Assembly: GCA_963828735.1 (NCBI GenBank)
Contig: CAWHFW010000005.1
Span: forward strand, 1,760,001-1,824,000
Length of the DNA stretch: 64,000 nt
DNA from: an uncultured Gemmatimonadales bacterium
Lineage (GTDB): Bacteria > Gemmatimonadota > Gemmatimonadetes > Gemmatimonadales > GWC2-71-9
Reading direction: 5' to 3'
The notes under the pieces were generated by a model. That model was given only the letters and a program-made list of their open reading frames with translations. It was not told where the DNA came from and searched no databases. Shown here in pieces: positions 9,543 to 19,414 of the stretch (position 1 is its first letter; each line of letters opens with the position of its first letter). A program made the position numbers and the translations under genes.

Positions 9543-10136
9543 ATGCAGCCGACGTTTTTCGCGACGCCCGAGGAGTGGCGCGCCTGGCTGGCGCGCCACC
9601 ACGACACCGTGCCCGAGTTGTGGGTCGGCTTCCACAAGCGGGGCACGGGTCGGCCTAGCATCACGTGGCCGGAATCCGTGGACCAGGCGCTCTGCTTCGG
9701 CTGGATCGATGGCGTCCGGCGGCGACTCGACGACGAGCGCTACGTCATCCGCTTCACCCCCCGGCGCAGTGGTAGCATCTGGAGCAGCGTGAACCACGCC
9801 CGGGTCAAGGAGCTCACGCGCCTCGGCCTGATGCAGCCCGCCGGACTCCGGGCGCACGCGGCGCGCAAGGCCGCCAAGTCCGGCGTGTATGCCTATGAGC
9901 AGCGCAAGTCGGCGGCCCTGCCGGCACCCCTGGAGCGGAAGTTCCGGCGCGACCGGAAGGCGTGGGCCTTCTTCCAGGCCCAGCCCCAGTGGTATCGCCA
10001 GACCGCCGTGTGGTGGATCGTGAGCGCCAAGAAAGAGGAAACGCAGGACCGGAGGCTCGCCACCCTGATCGAGGACTCGGCGGCCGGGCGGCCCATCAAG
10101 CACCTCGATCGGCGAGGCGTGCGCGACTCATCGTGA
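9543..10136 (+). CDS. YdeI/OmpD-associated family protein
   Basis: WRAWL...SVDQALCFGWIDG...RFTPRR...WSSVN...AKKEETQDRRL. Confidence 0.9.
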   Translation: MQPTFFATPEEWRAWLARHHDTVPELWVGFHKRGTGRPSITWPESVDQALCFGWIDGVRRRLDDERYVIRFTPRRSGSIWSSVNHARVKELTRLGLMQPAGLRAHAARKAAKSGVYAYEQRKSAALPAPLERKFRRDRKAWAFFQAQPQWYRQTAVWWIVSAKKEETQDRRLATLIEDSAAGRPIKHLDRRGVRDSS

Positions 10137-10181
10137 GCCGGCGGGCTCGAGCCACGCGAGTCCGCAGCGGCCCCGCGGTCC

Positions 10182-11519
10182 CTAGCGCGGCCTTCCGCGC
10201 GCAATCTTCTCAACCTCCGCGAGCCGTCCCTGGAGGAATCGCCGCTCCGGCTCTTGCCGGGCGAGCGCGAGCGCCCGCCGATACGAATCCGCGGCCTCCG
10301 CCACGCGGTCGAGCCGGCGGCACAGGTCCGCGCGTGCCGAGTGCGCGAGATGGTAGTGCGCGAGCTCGCCGCGCGCGAGGAGGTCCTCCACGAGCGCGAG
10401 CCCGGCGGCGGGTCCGTCGCGCATGGCCACGGCCGCCGCGCGGTTGAGCTCGACGACCGGTGACGGATCCGCCCGCAGCAGCACGTCGTACAGCCCCACG
10501 ATCTGAGCCCAGTCGGTGGCCCCCGCGTCCGCCGCCTCCGCGTGGACGGCGGCGATCGCCGCCTGCAGCGCGTACGGCCCCACGCTGCGCGACTCGAGCG
10601 CTCGCCGCGCCAAGGTGGCGCCTTCCTCGATCATCGCCGGGTCCCACCGCGAGCGGTCCTGCGCGGCCAGCAGCACGAGCTCCCCGTCAGGCGACGTGCG
10701 CGCGCTGCGTCGGGATTCGTGCAGCAGCATCAGCGCGAGCAGCCCGACCGCCTCGGGCTCGGGTGGGTCGGGCAACAGCTCGAGGAGAAGCCTGCCCAGA
10801 CGAATCGCTTCGGCCGAGAGGTCGTGCCGCGTGAGCGACGTGCCGGAGGAAGCCGAGTAGCCTTCGTTGAAGACGAGATAGATGACGTGGAGCACGCTCT
10901 CCAGGCGGTCCGGCAGGTCGGTTCGCGCGGGCACCTGGTAGGGAATGCGCGCGTCGCGGATCTTGGCCTTCGCGCGGACGATCCGCTGCGCCACCGTCGG
11001 CGGCGACGTCAGGAACGCGTGGGCGATCTCCTCGGTGGTGAGGCCGCAGACCTCGCGCAGCGTGAGCGCGATGCGGGCGTCGGGCGTGAGGGCGGGATGG
11101 CAGCAGGTGAAGATGAGCCGGAGCCGGTCGTCCGCGAGCGCCTCGTCGTCGGCAGGGTCGGCATCCGCCGATTCCGCCTCGAGCCGCCGCGCAAGCTCGC
11201 CTTGCGACGCGTCGAATCGCGCTCGCCGACGGAGCGCGTCGATCGCCTTGAAGCGGCCGGTCGACACCAGCCAGGCACGCGGATTCGCCGGCACGCCGTC
11301 GCGCGGCCAGCGCTCGAGCGCGATGGTGAACGCGTCGTGCAGCGCCTCCTCGGCGCGGTCGAAGTCGCCGAGCAGGCGGATGAGGGTGGCGAGCACGCGC
11401 CGCGAATCGGCCCGGTAGATCGCGTCGACCGTGGCGCGGGCGGCGTCGACCGCGGAGTCGTCGGGCGTCGGGCCGGACGCGGGTCCCGAGCGGAGCATTG
11501 GGTGTGTGCGTCGGCTCAT
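10182..11519 (-). CDS. ECF sigma factor, ECF42 type with C-terminal TPR extension
   Basis: DDRLRLIFTCCHP, QRIVRAK, IYLVFNEGY, QDRSRWD, PYALQAAIAA, SPVVELNRA; directly downstream of a DGPF gene. Confidence 0.92.
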   Translation of the reverse strand: MSRRTHPMLRSGPASGPTPDDSAVDAARATVDAIYRADSRRVLATLIRLLGDFDRAEEALHDAFTIALERWPRDGVPANPRAWLVSTGRFKAIDALRRRARFDASQGELARRLEAESADADPADDEALADDRLRLIFTCCHPALTPDARIALTLREVCGLTTEEIAHAFLTSPPTVAQRIVRAKAKIRDARIPYQVPARTDLPDRLESVLHVIYLVFNEGYSASSGTSLTRHDLSAEAIRLGRLLLELLPDPPEPEAVGLLALMLLHESRRSARTSPDGELVLLAAQDRSRWDPAMIEEGATLARRALESRSVGPYALQAAIAAVHAEAADAGATDWAQIVGLYDVLLRADPSPVVELNRAAAVAMRDGPAAGLALVEDLLARGELAHYHLAHSARADLCRRLDRVAEAADSYRRALALARQEPERRFLQGRLAEVEKIARGRPR

Positions 11520-11628
11520 GGCTTCGTCTGGCTCGGGGTGACACCCTGCCCGGCCGGACTCACACGCAGGAGGCCCCTCCCGCTCGGCTCGGGATGCTCG
11601 CTCGGCGTGACGCCGCCGATCCAGCGTA

Positions 11629-11985
11629 CTACGGCTGGCCGAAGTCCACCACGGGACGGACCTCGACGCTGCCGATCCGGACCGATGGAATACGCGACGC
11701 GACCTGGATGGCTTCGTTCAGGTCCTTGGCCTCGATCAGGTAGAAGCCGCCCAGCTGCTCCTTGGTCTCCGCGAACGGCCCGTCGGTCGTGCTGACCTTG
11801 CCGTTCCGCTGGCGCACGGTGGTGGCGGTCTCCACCGGCTGCAGCGCCTCGCCGTGGATCATGTGGCCGCTCTTCCGGATGTCGTCCGTAAACGCGAAGT
11901 ACTCCCCCATGAACTTGTCGGACTCGCTCTGCGTCATCGTGCCGATCTTCTTCTCGTCGTCGTAAATCAGGCAGAGGTATCGCAT
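11629..11985 (-). CDS. YciI/DGPF domain protein
   Basis: MRYLCLIY...TDGPFAETKEQLGGFYLIEA...GSVEVRPV. Confidence 0.93.
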   Translation of the reverse strand: MRYLCLIYDDEKKIGTMTQSESDKFMGEYFAFTDDIRKSGHMIHGEALQPVETATTVRQRNGKVSTTDGPFAETKEQLGGFYLIEAKDLNEAIQVASRIPSVRIGSVEVRPVVDFGQP

Positions 11986-12027
11986 GGCTCCCTCGGGTTC
12001 GAAAGTGGACCTGCCGTGGATGCCAGA

Positions 12028-12056
12028 TAGTCGAACGGGACTCCCCGGTTTCGACA
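12028..12056 (-). promoter_or_regulatory. ECF42-type promoter
   Basis: Minus strand TGTCGA (12056-51), 17-bp spacer, CGACTA (12033-28), upstream of the DGPF-sigma operon; matches the TGTCGA / CGAC-type ECF42 consensus as I recall it. Confidence 0.75.
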
Positions 12057-12296
12057 TCCGCTCCCCCGAGTCGTCGCGCCCGTCGAGCCACGAGTATAAG
12101 ACGTGAAGCGGCAGTCACTTGCACACTAGCGCCCCGGTCCGGTCCGGGCCGCCCCTCCGGCACGGCCCATTTATCACTTGCCGCACTCGGCGATCGCTCT
12201 AACGTATCGATGCTCCGTCGCCACGGCCGCAACCCGGGCCAGGCGTCGTCGTCCGCCGCCCTTCCGGTCGCGGGAGGCGGCAAGCCAGGAGGTGCT

Positions 12297-12872
12297 ATGA
12301 GAGTCCCGCTGGATCGTTCCATCCTCGTGCTGTTGCTGCTCCCCGCCGTGCTCCACGCCCAGGCCAATCCCCCCGGTCAGACCAAGGAAACCGAAGCCGA
12401 GTTCATCAAGGCCGCCCAGGCGGGCGCACCTGATCGCATCTCGGCGCAGGCCACGATCGCGAGGATGGAGCCGAAAGGCCAGGTGGCCATCGTGCGACAG
12501 GGCACCAACGGCTTCACCTGCTCGCTGTTTCCCGACGAGAGCCACGCGCCGATCTGCGCCGACCAGGCGGGCTGGCATTGGTTCGTGGCCGCGATGTCGC
12601 AGCAGCCGAAGCCACCCGCCCCGGGCGGCGTCGCGTACATGGCGAAGGGAGGCATCCACTACGAGATGGCCGACGGACGCATCGTGATGATGCCCGCCCC
12701 CGGCACGAAGAAGGCGGATGAGCCGCCGCACTGGATGCTCCTCACGCCCTTCGATTCGGCCACGAGCGGCATTCCGACGCGACCGAACGCCGGCGGGTCG
12801 TACATCATGTTCGCGGGCACGCCGTACGCGCACCTGATGATCTACCAGGATCCGAAGATGCTCAAGCAGTAG
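12297..12872 (+). CDS. Secreted hypothetical protein
   Basis: SD GGAGGT; signal peptide ending AVLHAQA; GTNGFTC...PICAD...VAYMAKGG...PPHWML...YAHLMI. Confidence 0.75.
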   Translation: MRVPLDRSILVLLLLPAVLHAQANPPGQTKETEAEFIKAAQAGAPDRISAQATIARMEPKGQVAIVRQGTNGFTCSLFPDESHAPICADQAGWHWFVAAMSQQPKPPAPGGVAYMAKGGIHYEMADGRIVMMPAPGTKKADEPPHWMLLTPFDSATSGIPTRPNAGGSYIMFAGTPYAHLMIYQDPKMLKQ

Positions 12873-12935
12873 GCGCTGGCGGCACAGGCCCGCCGAGGGC
12901 AGATTCGACGGGTTCCGTCCCCCTCCAGGAGCTGG

Positions 12936-15590
12936 ATGGCCGATCCCCCTGCACGACTCACCGCCGCTCTTGCCGACCGGTATCGCGTGGAGCGCGAGCT
13001 GGGGCAGGGCGGGATGGCGACCGTGTACCTCGCGGAAGACCTCAAACACCACCGCAAGGTGGCGCTCAAGGTGCTCCGCCCGGAGCTGGCCGCGACCCTC
13101 GGCCCGGATCGCTTCTTCCGCGAAATCGAAGTCGCGGCGGGACTCCAGCATCCGCACATCCTCCCGCTGCACGATTCCGGCGAGGCCGCCGGTTTCCTCT
13201 ACTACGTCATGCCGTTCGTCGACGGCGAAAACTTGCGCGGGCGCCTCACCCGCCATGGCGAGCTGCCGATCCACGAGGCCGTGCGGCTGCTCGCGGAGGT
13301 CGCCGACGCGCTGGCCTACGCCCACCGGCAAGGCGTCGTCCACCGCGACATCAAGCCCGACAACGTCCTGCTCTCCGGGCGCCACGCCCTGGTGACCGAT
13401 TTCGGCGTGGCCAAGGCGGTGAGCGAGGCCACCGGCCGGCAGCAGCTCACCACGGCGGGGGTGGCCCTGGGCACGCCGACCTACATGGCGCCCGAGCAGG
13501 CAGCGGCGGATCCCCACCTCGACCATCGGGTGGACATCTACGCGGTCGGCGTGATGGCGTACGAGCTGCTCGCCGGCCGGCCGCCGTTCACCGGACGGTC
13601 GTCGCAGGAGGTGCTGGCTGCCCACCTGACTCAACCGCCGGAAATGGTGTCGTCACTGCGCCCGGCGGTGCCCGAGGCGCTCGCCGCGATCGTGATGAAG
13701 TGCCTGGCCAAGCGGCCGGCCGATCGGTGGCAGTCGGCCGAGGAGCTCGCGAGTCAGCTCGAGCTGCAGCTCACGCCGAGCGGCGGCGTGACGCCTGCCC
13801 AGACGCGGCCGATGGCCGCGGTGGCGTCGCGGCCATCGCGCCGGCTGCGGGTCGGCGTCGCGGGTGCGATCGCGCTGGGGCTCCTGATCGGCGGGCTTCT
13901 GCTCGCCCGGAGACCGCCGGCGCTGCCTGCCCTCGGCAAGCGCGCCGCGGTCACCCTCGATCCCGGCCTGGAGCTCAACCCGGCGATCTCACCCGACGGG
14001 AAACTGGTGGCCTACGGTCGGGTCACGCCGACGGAGAGCCGCCTCGTGGTGCAGCAGCTCGCGGGCGGCGAGCCGGTCACGGTGGCGCGCTGGCCCGGGA
14101 GCCTGGCGCCCGTGTCCGCCTGGTCGCCCGACGGCGCACGGCTGCTGTTCAGCTCGCCGCGCGGCCTCGAGGTCGTGCCCGCGCTCGGCGGTGTGTCCCG
14201 CGTCTTCGCGAGCCAATCGCCCGACCTCCGCCTGGCCTGGGGCACGTGGTCGCCCGATGGCAACCGGATCGCCTACTCGAGCGCTGACACACTCTACAGC
14301 CGTGGTCTCGAGGACGACGCACTGAAAGCCCTGGCGCGGCGCCCGCAGGCCCACTCGGCGGCTTGGTCGCCCGACGGGCGGTGGATCGCGTTCGTGTCGG
14401 GCAACGTGCAGTACCCGACGATCGCCAACCTCGCACCCAGCTCCATCTGGGTGGTGTCGTCCCAGGGCGGCGAGCCGATCCGCATCACCGACGACCGCCC
14501 GCTCCACGCCAGTCCGGTCTGGCTGCCTGACAGCCGCGGGCTGCTCTACGTGTCTGACGAGGACGGAGGACGGGACATCTATGTCGCGCGGCTCTCGCGG
14601 TCGGGCACTCCGGAAGGCTCGGCCGTGCGGCTCACGACGGGACTCCACCCGCACACGATCAGCCTGTCCGCCGACGGACGGCGCCTGCTCTATTCCCTCT
14701 ACACCGAGACGTCGAACATCTGGGCGGTGGACCTGCAGCCCGGCCGTTCGGTGTCCCTGCACGATGCTCGGCCCGTGACCACCGGATCGCAGGTGGTCGA
14801 GGGGTTCAGCGTGTCGCCCGACGGCCAGTGGCTGGCGTTCGACTCGAACCGAAACGGGAAGCAGGAGATCTGGCGGATGCCGCTCGACGGCAGCACCCCG
14901 CCGACCCCGATCTCCTCCGGGCCGGAGGACGAGTTCCAGCCCTCCTATTCACCCGACGGAAAGTTCGTGGCCTTTCACGCCGTTCGCACCGGCGGCGTGC
15001 GCGACGTCTACCTCGTGCCGGCGGAGGGCGGGAGCCGGACCCGAGTCCCGCTCGCGACGACGAACAATCTCGTGCCGCGGTTCTCGCCCGACGGTCGCTC
15101 GCTGCTGTACACCGTCTGGGGCGACGACGGCAGCTTCTCGGTGCAGGCCGTGCGGCGGTCCGCCGACGGGGCGGGATGGGATCATGCAAGCCAGTTGTTC
15201 AAGGTGCCGTCGTTCACCACCGGTGGGGGCGACTGGTCCCCGGACGGGAAGTGGGTGACCTTCGTCCAGGGCACGCAGGTATTCCGGATCGAGATCGGCA
15301 GCGACCACCCACCTGAGCTGGTGGTGTCCATGCCGGCGGGATTCACGCCGTTCTACACCCGGGCCAGCCCCGATGGGCGGAACGTGTACGTCAGCGGGGT
15401 CCGGGGGGACGGGACCTATCTGATCTACGTCTGCCCGGCGGCGGGAGGAACGCCGCGCGAGGTGGCGCACTCCGAAGGTCCGACGTACCAGAACTTCCGA
15501 TTCCCGTTCAACCTGCACGGCAACCGGCTGTTTGTTTCCCTGGCCGACCCGCAGAGCGACATCTGGATGGCCGAGATGACGCGGCCCTAG
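12936..15590 (+). CDS. Ser/Thr kinase with TM helix and TolB-like (PD40) beta-propeller
   Basis: GQGGMATV, HRDIKPDN, DFG, GTPTYMAPE; TM VGVAGAIALGLLIGGLLL; many WSPDG repeats. Confidence 0.93.
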   Translation: MADPPARLTAALADRYRVERELGQGGMATVYLAEDLKHHRKVALKVLRPELAATLGPDRFFREIEVAAGLQHPHILPLHDSGEAAGFLYYVMPFVDGENLRGRLTRHGELPIHEAVRLLAEVADALAYAHRQGVVHRDIKPDNVLLSGRHALVTDFGVAKAVSEATGRQQLTTAGVALGTPTYMAPEQAAADPHLDHRVDIYAVGVMAYELLAGRPPFTGRSSQEVLAAHLTQPPEMVSSLRPAVPEALAAIVMKCLAKRPADRWQSAEELASQLELQLTPSGGVTPAQTRPMAAVASRPSRRLRVGVAGAIALGLLIGGLLLARRPPALPALGKRAAVTLDPGLELNPAISPDGKLVAYGRVTPTESRLVVQQLAGGEPVTVARWPGSLAPVSAWSPDGARLLFSSPRGLEVVPALGGVSRVFASQSPDLRLAWGTWSPDGNRIAYSSADTLYSRGLEDDALKALARRPQAHSAAWSPDGRWIAFVSGNVQYPTIANLAPSSIWVVSSQGGEPIRITDDRPLHASPVWLPDSRGLLYVSDEDGGRDIYVARLSRSGTPEGSAVRLTTGLHPHTISLSADGRRLLYSLYTETSNIWAVDLQPGRSVSLHDARPVTTGSQVVEGFSVSPDGQWLAFDSNRNGKQEIWRMPLDGSTPPTPISSGPEDEFQPSYSPDGKFVAFHAVRTGGVRDVYLVPAEGGSRTRVPLATTNNLVPRFSPDGRSLLYTVWGDDGSFSVQAVRRSADGAGWDHASQLFKVPSFTTGGGDWSPDGKWVTFVQGTQVFRIEIGSDHPPELVVSMPAGFTPFYTRASPDGRNVYVSGVRGDGTYLIYVCPAAGGTPREVAHSEGPTYQNFRFPFNLHGNRLFVSLADPQSDIWMAEMTRP

Positions 15591-16543
15591 GCCGGGATCG
15601 GGATCTGGTCCTTGTACCGCGCCAGCCACTGGTCGTACGTCATCATGTCCGGCACCAGGCTGCGCGAGAAAGCGAGGTCGCGCGCGCCGGCGTAGTAGTC
15701 GTTGAAGTCCCGCTTGAACTGGAACATGTTGCCCAGGTCATCCGCGCCTGGAAAGTCGAAGCTGCGGTACACGTCCGGCGACACGTTGGTGTAGTCGACC
15801 TCCTTTCCAAGCGCCCGACTCAGGCCCGCGGCCAGCTCCGCGCCGGTCTCGTGGCCGCCCGCGATTCCCACCGTCCGGCCGATGAATTCCTTGCCGCGCT
15901 TGAAGATCGCGTAGGCCGCCTTCCCGATGTCCTCGACGGCGATGGCGGGCAGCTTCTTGTCGTCCAGCGGGAGGACGAGCGCCAGCTTGCCGTCGGGTCC
16001 GCGCTGCGGCCCAGCGCCGAAGTAGATGAAGTTGTCCCAGTAGAAGGACGTGAGCAGGAACGTGGTGGGAACGCCGGAGCGCCGGAACGCCTCGTCGGCC
16101 TCACCTTTGGCGTCGAAGTGGGGGACCTTGTGCTTCCCCTTGATCGTCGGCATCCGCGCGTCGTGGAGCGGCACCCACCGCCGGGTGTCTTCGAGCGTGG
16201 ACCAGATCGCGTGCTGCACGCCGGCGGCCTTCGCCGCCTTGGCCAGGTTGGTCGCCTGCTCCAGCTCCTTCTGGGGCGAGAAGTGCTCCCAGAAGTTGGT
16301 GATGCAGAACGCACCGTACGCCCCGGCGAACGCGCGCTCGAGGCTCTTCTCGTCGTCGAGGTCCGCCGCCACCACCTCGGCGCCGGCGGCCTCGAGCGCC
16401 TTGCCTTTGTCCGAATCCGGGTGGCGCGTCAGCGCGCGCACCTTGAATTGGCCGTTCTTGTCGGCCAGGATCGCGCGAACCAGACCGCCACCCTGTGCGC
16501 CCGTGGCGCCGACGACCGCGATCACCTTCTGCTGCTCTGGCAT
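15587..16543 (-). CDS. NmrA/HSCARG family NAD(P)-binding protein
   Basis: VVGATGAQGG Rossmann motif; VPHFDAK. Confidence 0.92.
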   Translation of the reverse strand: MPEQQKVIAVVGATGAQGGGLVRAILADKNGQFKVRALTRHPDSDKGKALEAAGAEVVAADLDDEKSLERAFAGAYGAFCITNFWEHFSPQKELEQATNLAKAAKAAGVQHAIWSTLEDTRRWVPLHDARMPTIKGKHKVPHFDAKGEADEAFRRSGVPTTFLLTSFYWDNFIYFGAGPQRGPDGKLALVLPLDDKKLPAIAVEDIGKAAYAIFKRGKEFIGRTVGIAGGHETGAELAAGLSRALGKEVDYTNVSPDVYRSFDFPGADDLGNMFQFKRDFNDYYAGARDLAFSRSLVPDMMTYDQWLARYKDQIPIPA

Positions 16544-16590
16544 GACAACTCTCCTGCTACGTGTGGGTCATTCATGAAATGAACGGCGCG

Positions 16591-17043
16591 TCAGGGCACC
16601 AACGCATCGCACAGCCGCACGAGCTGTCGCAGGTCCCTCTCGCTCAACGTGGCGGTGACGGCCGTCTGCGTCGCGTAGACGTCCGGATCCACCCGGTCGA
16701 GCAGCGCGAGCCCTGTCTTCGTGATCGTGGCGACCGATTCCCGCCGATCATCCGGATTCCGCACCCGCGCCACGAGGTGCTGGCGCACCAGCCGGTCGAG
16801 CATGCGGGTAACGTCGGGCGCGCGGTGGATCATCCGGCGCGCCACCTCGTTCCGCGGATGCCCGCCCGGGTACACGCCGCGCAGGATGCGGAGGACGTTG
16901 TACTGGTCTGCGGTGATCCCGTGCCGCTCCCACACGGGAGCCACCGCCTGCTCCAAGGCGTCGGCGGCCACCATGAGGCTTACCACTGCCTCGTCCGCGA
17001 GGGTGCGGAACCGGCGCTGCTGGAGTCGCTCCCGGATCGGCAT
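16591..17043 (-). CDS. MarR family transcriptional regulator
   Basis: GITADQYNVLRILRG...PDVTRMLDRL...DDRR. Start placed at ATG 17043. Confidence 0.92.
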   Translation of the reverse strand: MPIRERLQQRRFRTLADEAVVSLMVAADALEQAVAPVWERHGITADQYNVLRILRGVYPGGHPRNEVARRMIHRAPDVTRMLDRLVRQHLVARVRNPDDRRESVATITKTGLALLDRVDPDVYATQTAVTATLSERDLRQLVRLCDALVP

Positions 17044-17046
17044 GGC

Positions 17047-17077
17047 GACAATATGTGTTGTAAACACGTATTGTCAA
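17047..17077 (-). promoter_or_regulatory. 29-bp operator palindrome overlapping the marR promoter
   Basis: GACAATATGTGTT-GTA-AACACGTATTGTC (13-bp arms, 1 mismatch); minus-strand TTGACA at 17077-72. Confidence 0.8.
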
Positions 17078-17195
17078 GAGGGCGGGCCCCGGACCGGCAT
17101 GCGCTCGAGGCGAGCACCGGGGCAGGAGGGGCGGCGCCGTCTCGCGGAATCAACGCGTCCGCCGCCGCCCTCCCCGCTTGCCTCCACCCAGCGAG

Positions 17196-18228
17196 TTACC
17201 CCGCCTGGGTCACCGCGCGGCGGAGCGCTCCGAACCGCTTCCGGTACTGCGACGGCGTCAGATGCACGTGCCGCCGAAACAGCCGCCGGAAGAACGCCGC
17301 GTCCTCGTACCCCACCTCGAACGCGACCGCCTCCGCGGCCCGGTCGTCACGCTCGAGCAGCTCCTTGGCCGCCTCGAGCCGCAGCATGTGCACGTACTCC
17401 AGGGGGGACATCCCGGTGGCCGCCCGGAAGCGCCGCTTGAACGAGCGCTCGGCGATCCCGCTCAGCCGGATCATCGCGGTCACCGGCGAGGCCTCGCGGA
17501 AGTGCTCGGCGATCCAGCCCTGGCAACGGGCGATCAGAGCGTCGCTCACCTGTCGTGTGCGCGCGAGCCGGGCGAACGGCTGCTGGCCGACCCGGTGCCA
17601 GTCGATCAGGTTGATGCGCGCCACGTGCATCGCGGCGTCGACTCCGGCGAACCGCCCGATGAGGTAGAGCGCGAGGTCCTGCCACGACGTCCCGGCGCCG
17701 GCCATGACCAGGCGCTGCCCCTCGCCGGCCAGGACGAGGGCCCGCTCGGGGTGCACCCGGATCTTCGGAAACTGCTTGCGAAGGGTGTCCGCGTAGGCCC
17801 AATGCGTCGTCGCGTCCTGTCCGTCGAGCAGACCCGCCAGCGCGAGCAGCACCGCCCCGGAGCACGCGCTCGCGACGACGGCGCCCGCCTCGTAGCGCGC
17901 CCGGATCCACTCGATCTCTCGATTGAAGCGGTCGCCCAGCTTCGCCGCCCGGCGGGACAGCGAGCTCGGGGACACAGACGATGTCGGGATGGCCGGCCCC
18001 TTCGAGCGTGAGATGCGGCAGGATCGTGACCCCGTTCGCCGCCTCGAACGCGCCGTCCGTTGCGGCGACGACGGCGGCCCGCATGAGCTCGGGGCCGGGC
18101 TCGCCGTCCACCACGAAGCCCCAGTCCCGCCCCGCCGACACGAACAGGTCGTACATCCCGTAGACGGCCGAGGCGGTCGTTTCGGGGTAGGCGAGAACCG
18201 CCACGGCGGTCGGGCGCGCGTGAGACAT
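17196..18228 (-). pseudogene. GlxA-family regulator (DJ-1/PfpI + AraC HTH), frameshifted near 17945
   Basis: N-terminal half in one frame (MSHARPTAVAVLAY...DIVCVPELAVPPG), continuation in another (KLGDRFNREIEW...SACSG...ATTHW...AraC HTH). Span 1033 nt = 3n+1. Confidence 0.85.
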
Positions 18229-18332
18229 GGCCGGTTTGCCTCGTTTCGTGCAGGAATGGCCTAGGTGGCTCCGGGGCGCGGCCGTTACCTTCGCCCTGTG
18301 AGTTCATCCGGAACACTATGGAGGACGGAGCC

Positions 18333-19286
18333 ATGAGCAAGTATCGGAAGCGCCTGCCCCAGCTTGGCGAGGATCTCTTCCTGACCGACGGAGGCCTCGA
18401 GACCACGCTGATCTTCCAGGAGGGCGTGCCGCTCACCTGCTTCGCGGCGTTCGATCTCCTGCGGAACGAGGAGGGAACGGCGGTGCTCCGTCGCTACTTC
18501 GAGCGCTACGCCGGGATCGCGCGCGAGCAGGACCGCGGCCTCGTGCTCGAGACGCCGACCTGGCGCGCCAATCCGGACTGGGGCGCCAAGCTCGGCTACG
18601 ACGCGGGGGCCCTGGCTGACGCCAATCGGCGTTCCGTGGGCCTGCTGCTGGAGATCCGCCAGGCCTTCGAGCGCGGCGGCACGCCCATTGTCATCAGCGG
18701 GAACCTCGGACCTCGCGGCGATGGCTACGTGGCCGACGCACGGATGACCGTGGAGGAGGCGCGCGCCTACCACGCGCCCCAGGTGGAGACGTTCGCGGGC
18801 ACCGATGCGGACATGGTGGCGGCATTCACGATGAACTACCCGGAGGAGGCGATCGGCATCGCCCAGGCGGCGCGGGAGGCCGCGATGCCGGTGGCGATCT
18901 CGTTCACCACCGAGACCAACGGGCACCTCCCATCGGGGATCCCGCTCGCCGATGCCATCGCGTGGACCGATGACGAAACGGAGGGCCATCCCGCGTACTA
19001 CATGATCAACTGCGCTCACCCCACGCACCTGGGCGGCGCGCTTGCCGTGGAAGGCGGCTGGCCGGACCGGGTGCGCGGCCTTCGCGCGAACGCGTCCCGG
19101 CGGAGCCACGCGGAGCTCGACGAGAGCCCCCATCTCGACGAGGGGAATCCGGACGAGCTGGCGGCGCAGTACCGCGAGCTGCGGGCGGCATTTCGCCGGC
19201 TCGCGGTGGTCGGTGGATGCTGTGGGACGGACCACCGGCATGTCGAGGCAATCGGACGGGCGATGCCGGCGCTGGCACGCGTCTGA
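18333..19286 (+). CDS. Homocysteine S-methyltransferase family protein
   Basis: LTDGGLETTL, GPRGDGY, MINCAHP, GGCCG zinc ligands. Confidence 0.92.
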   Translation: MSKYRKRLPQLGEDLFLTDGGLETTLIFQEGVPLTCFAAFDLLRNEEGTAVLRRYFERYAGIAREQDRGLVLETPTWRANPDWGAKLGYDAGALADANRRSVGLLLEIRQAFERGGTPIVISGNLGPRGDGYVADARMTVEEARAYHAPQVETFAGTDADMVAAFTMNYPEEAIGIAQAAREAAMPVAISFTTETNGHLPSGIPLADAIAWTDDETEGHPAYYMINCAHPTHLGGALAVEGGWPDRVRGLRANASRRSHAELDESPHLDEGNPDELAAQYRELRAAFRRLAVVGGCCGTDHRHVEAIGRAMPALARV

Positions 19287-19414
19287 AAGCGGGGGCAAGT
19301 GAAGCGCGCCGCGAGCGGTGTCCGCGTCGCGACGCGCTTCAGGCTTTCCGACTCACCTCGACGCGACTGCCACTTTCGTCCGGCCGTCTACGCCCCTCCG
19401 CGACATCCTCCCAC

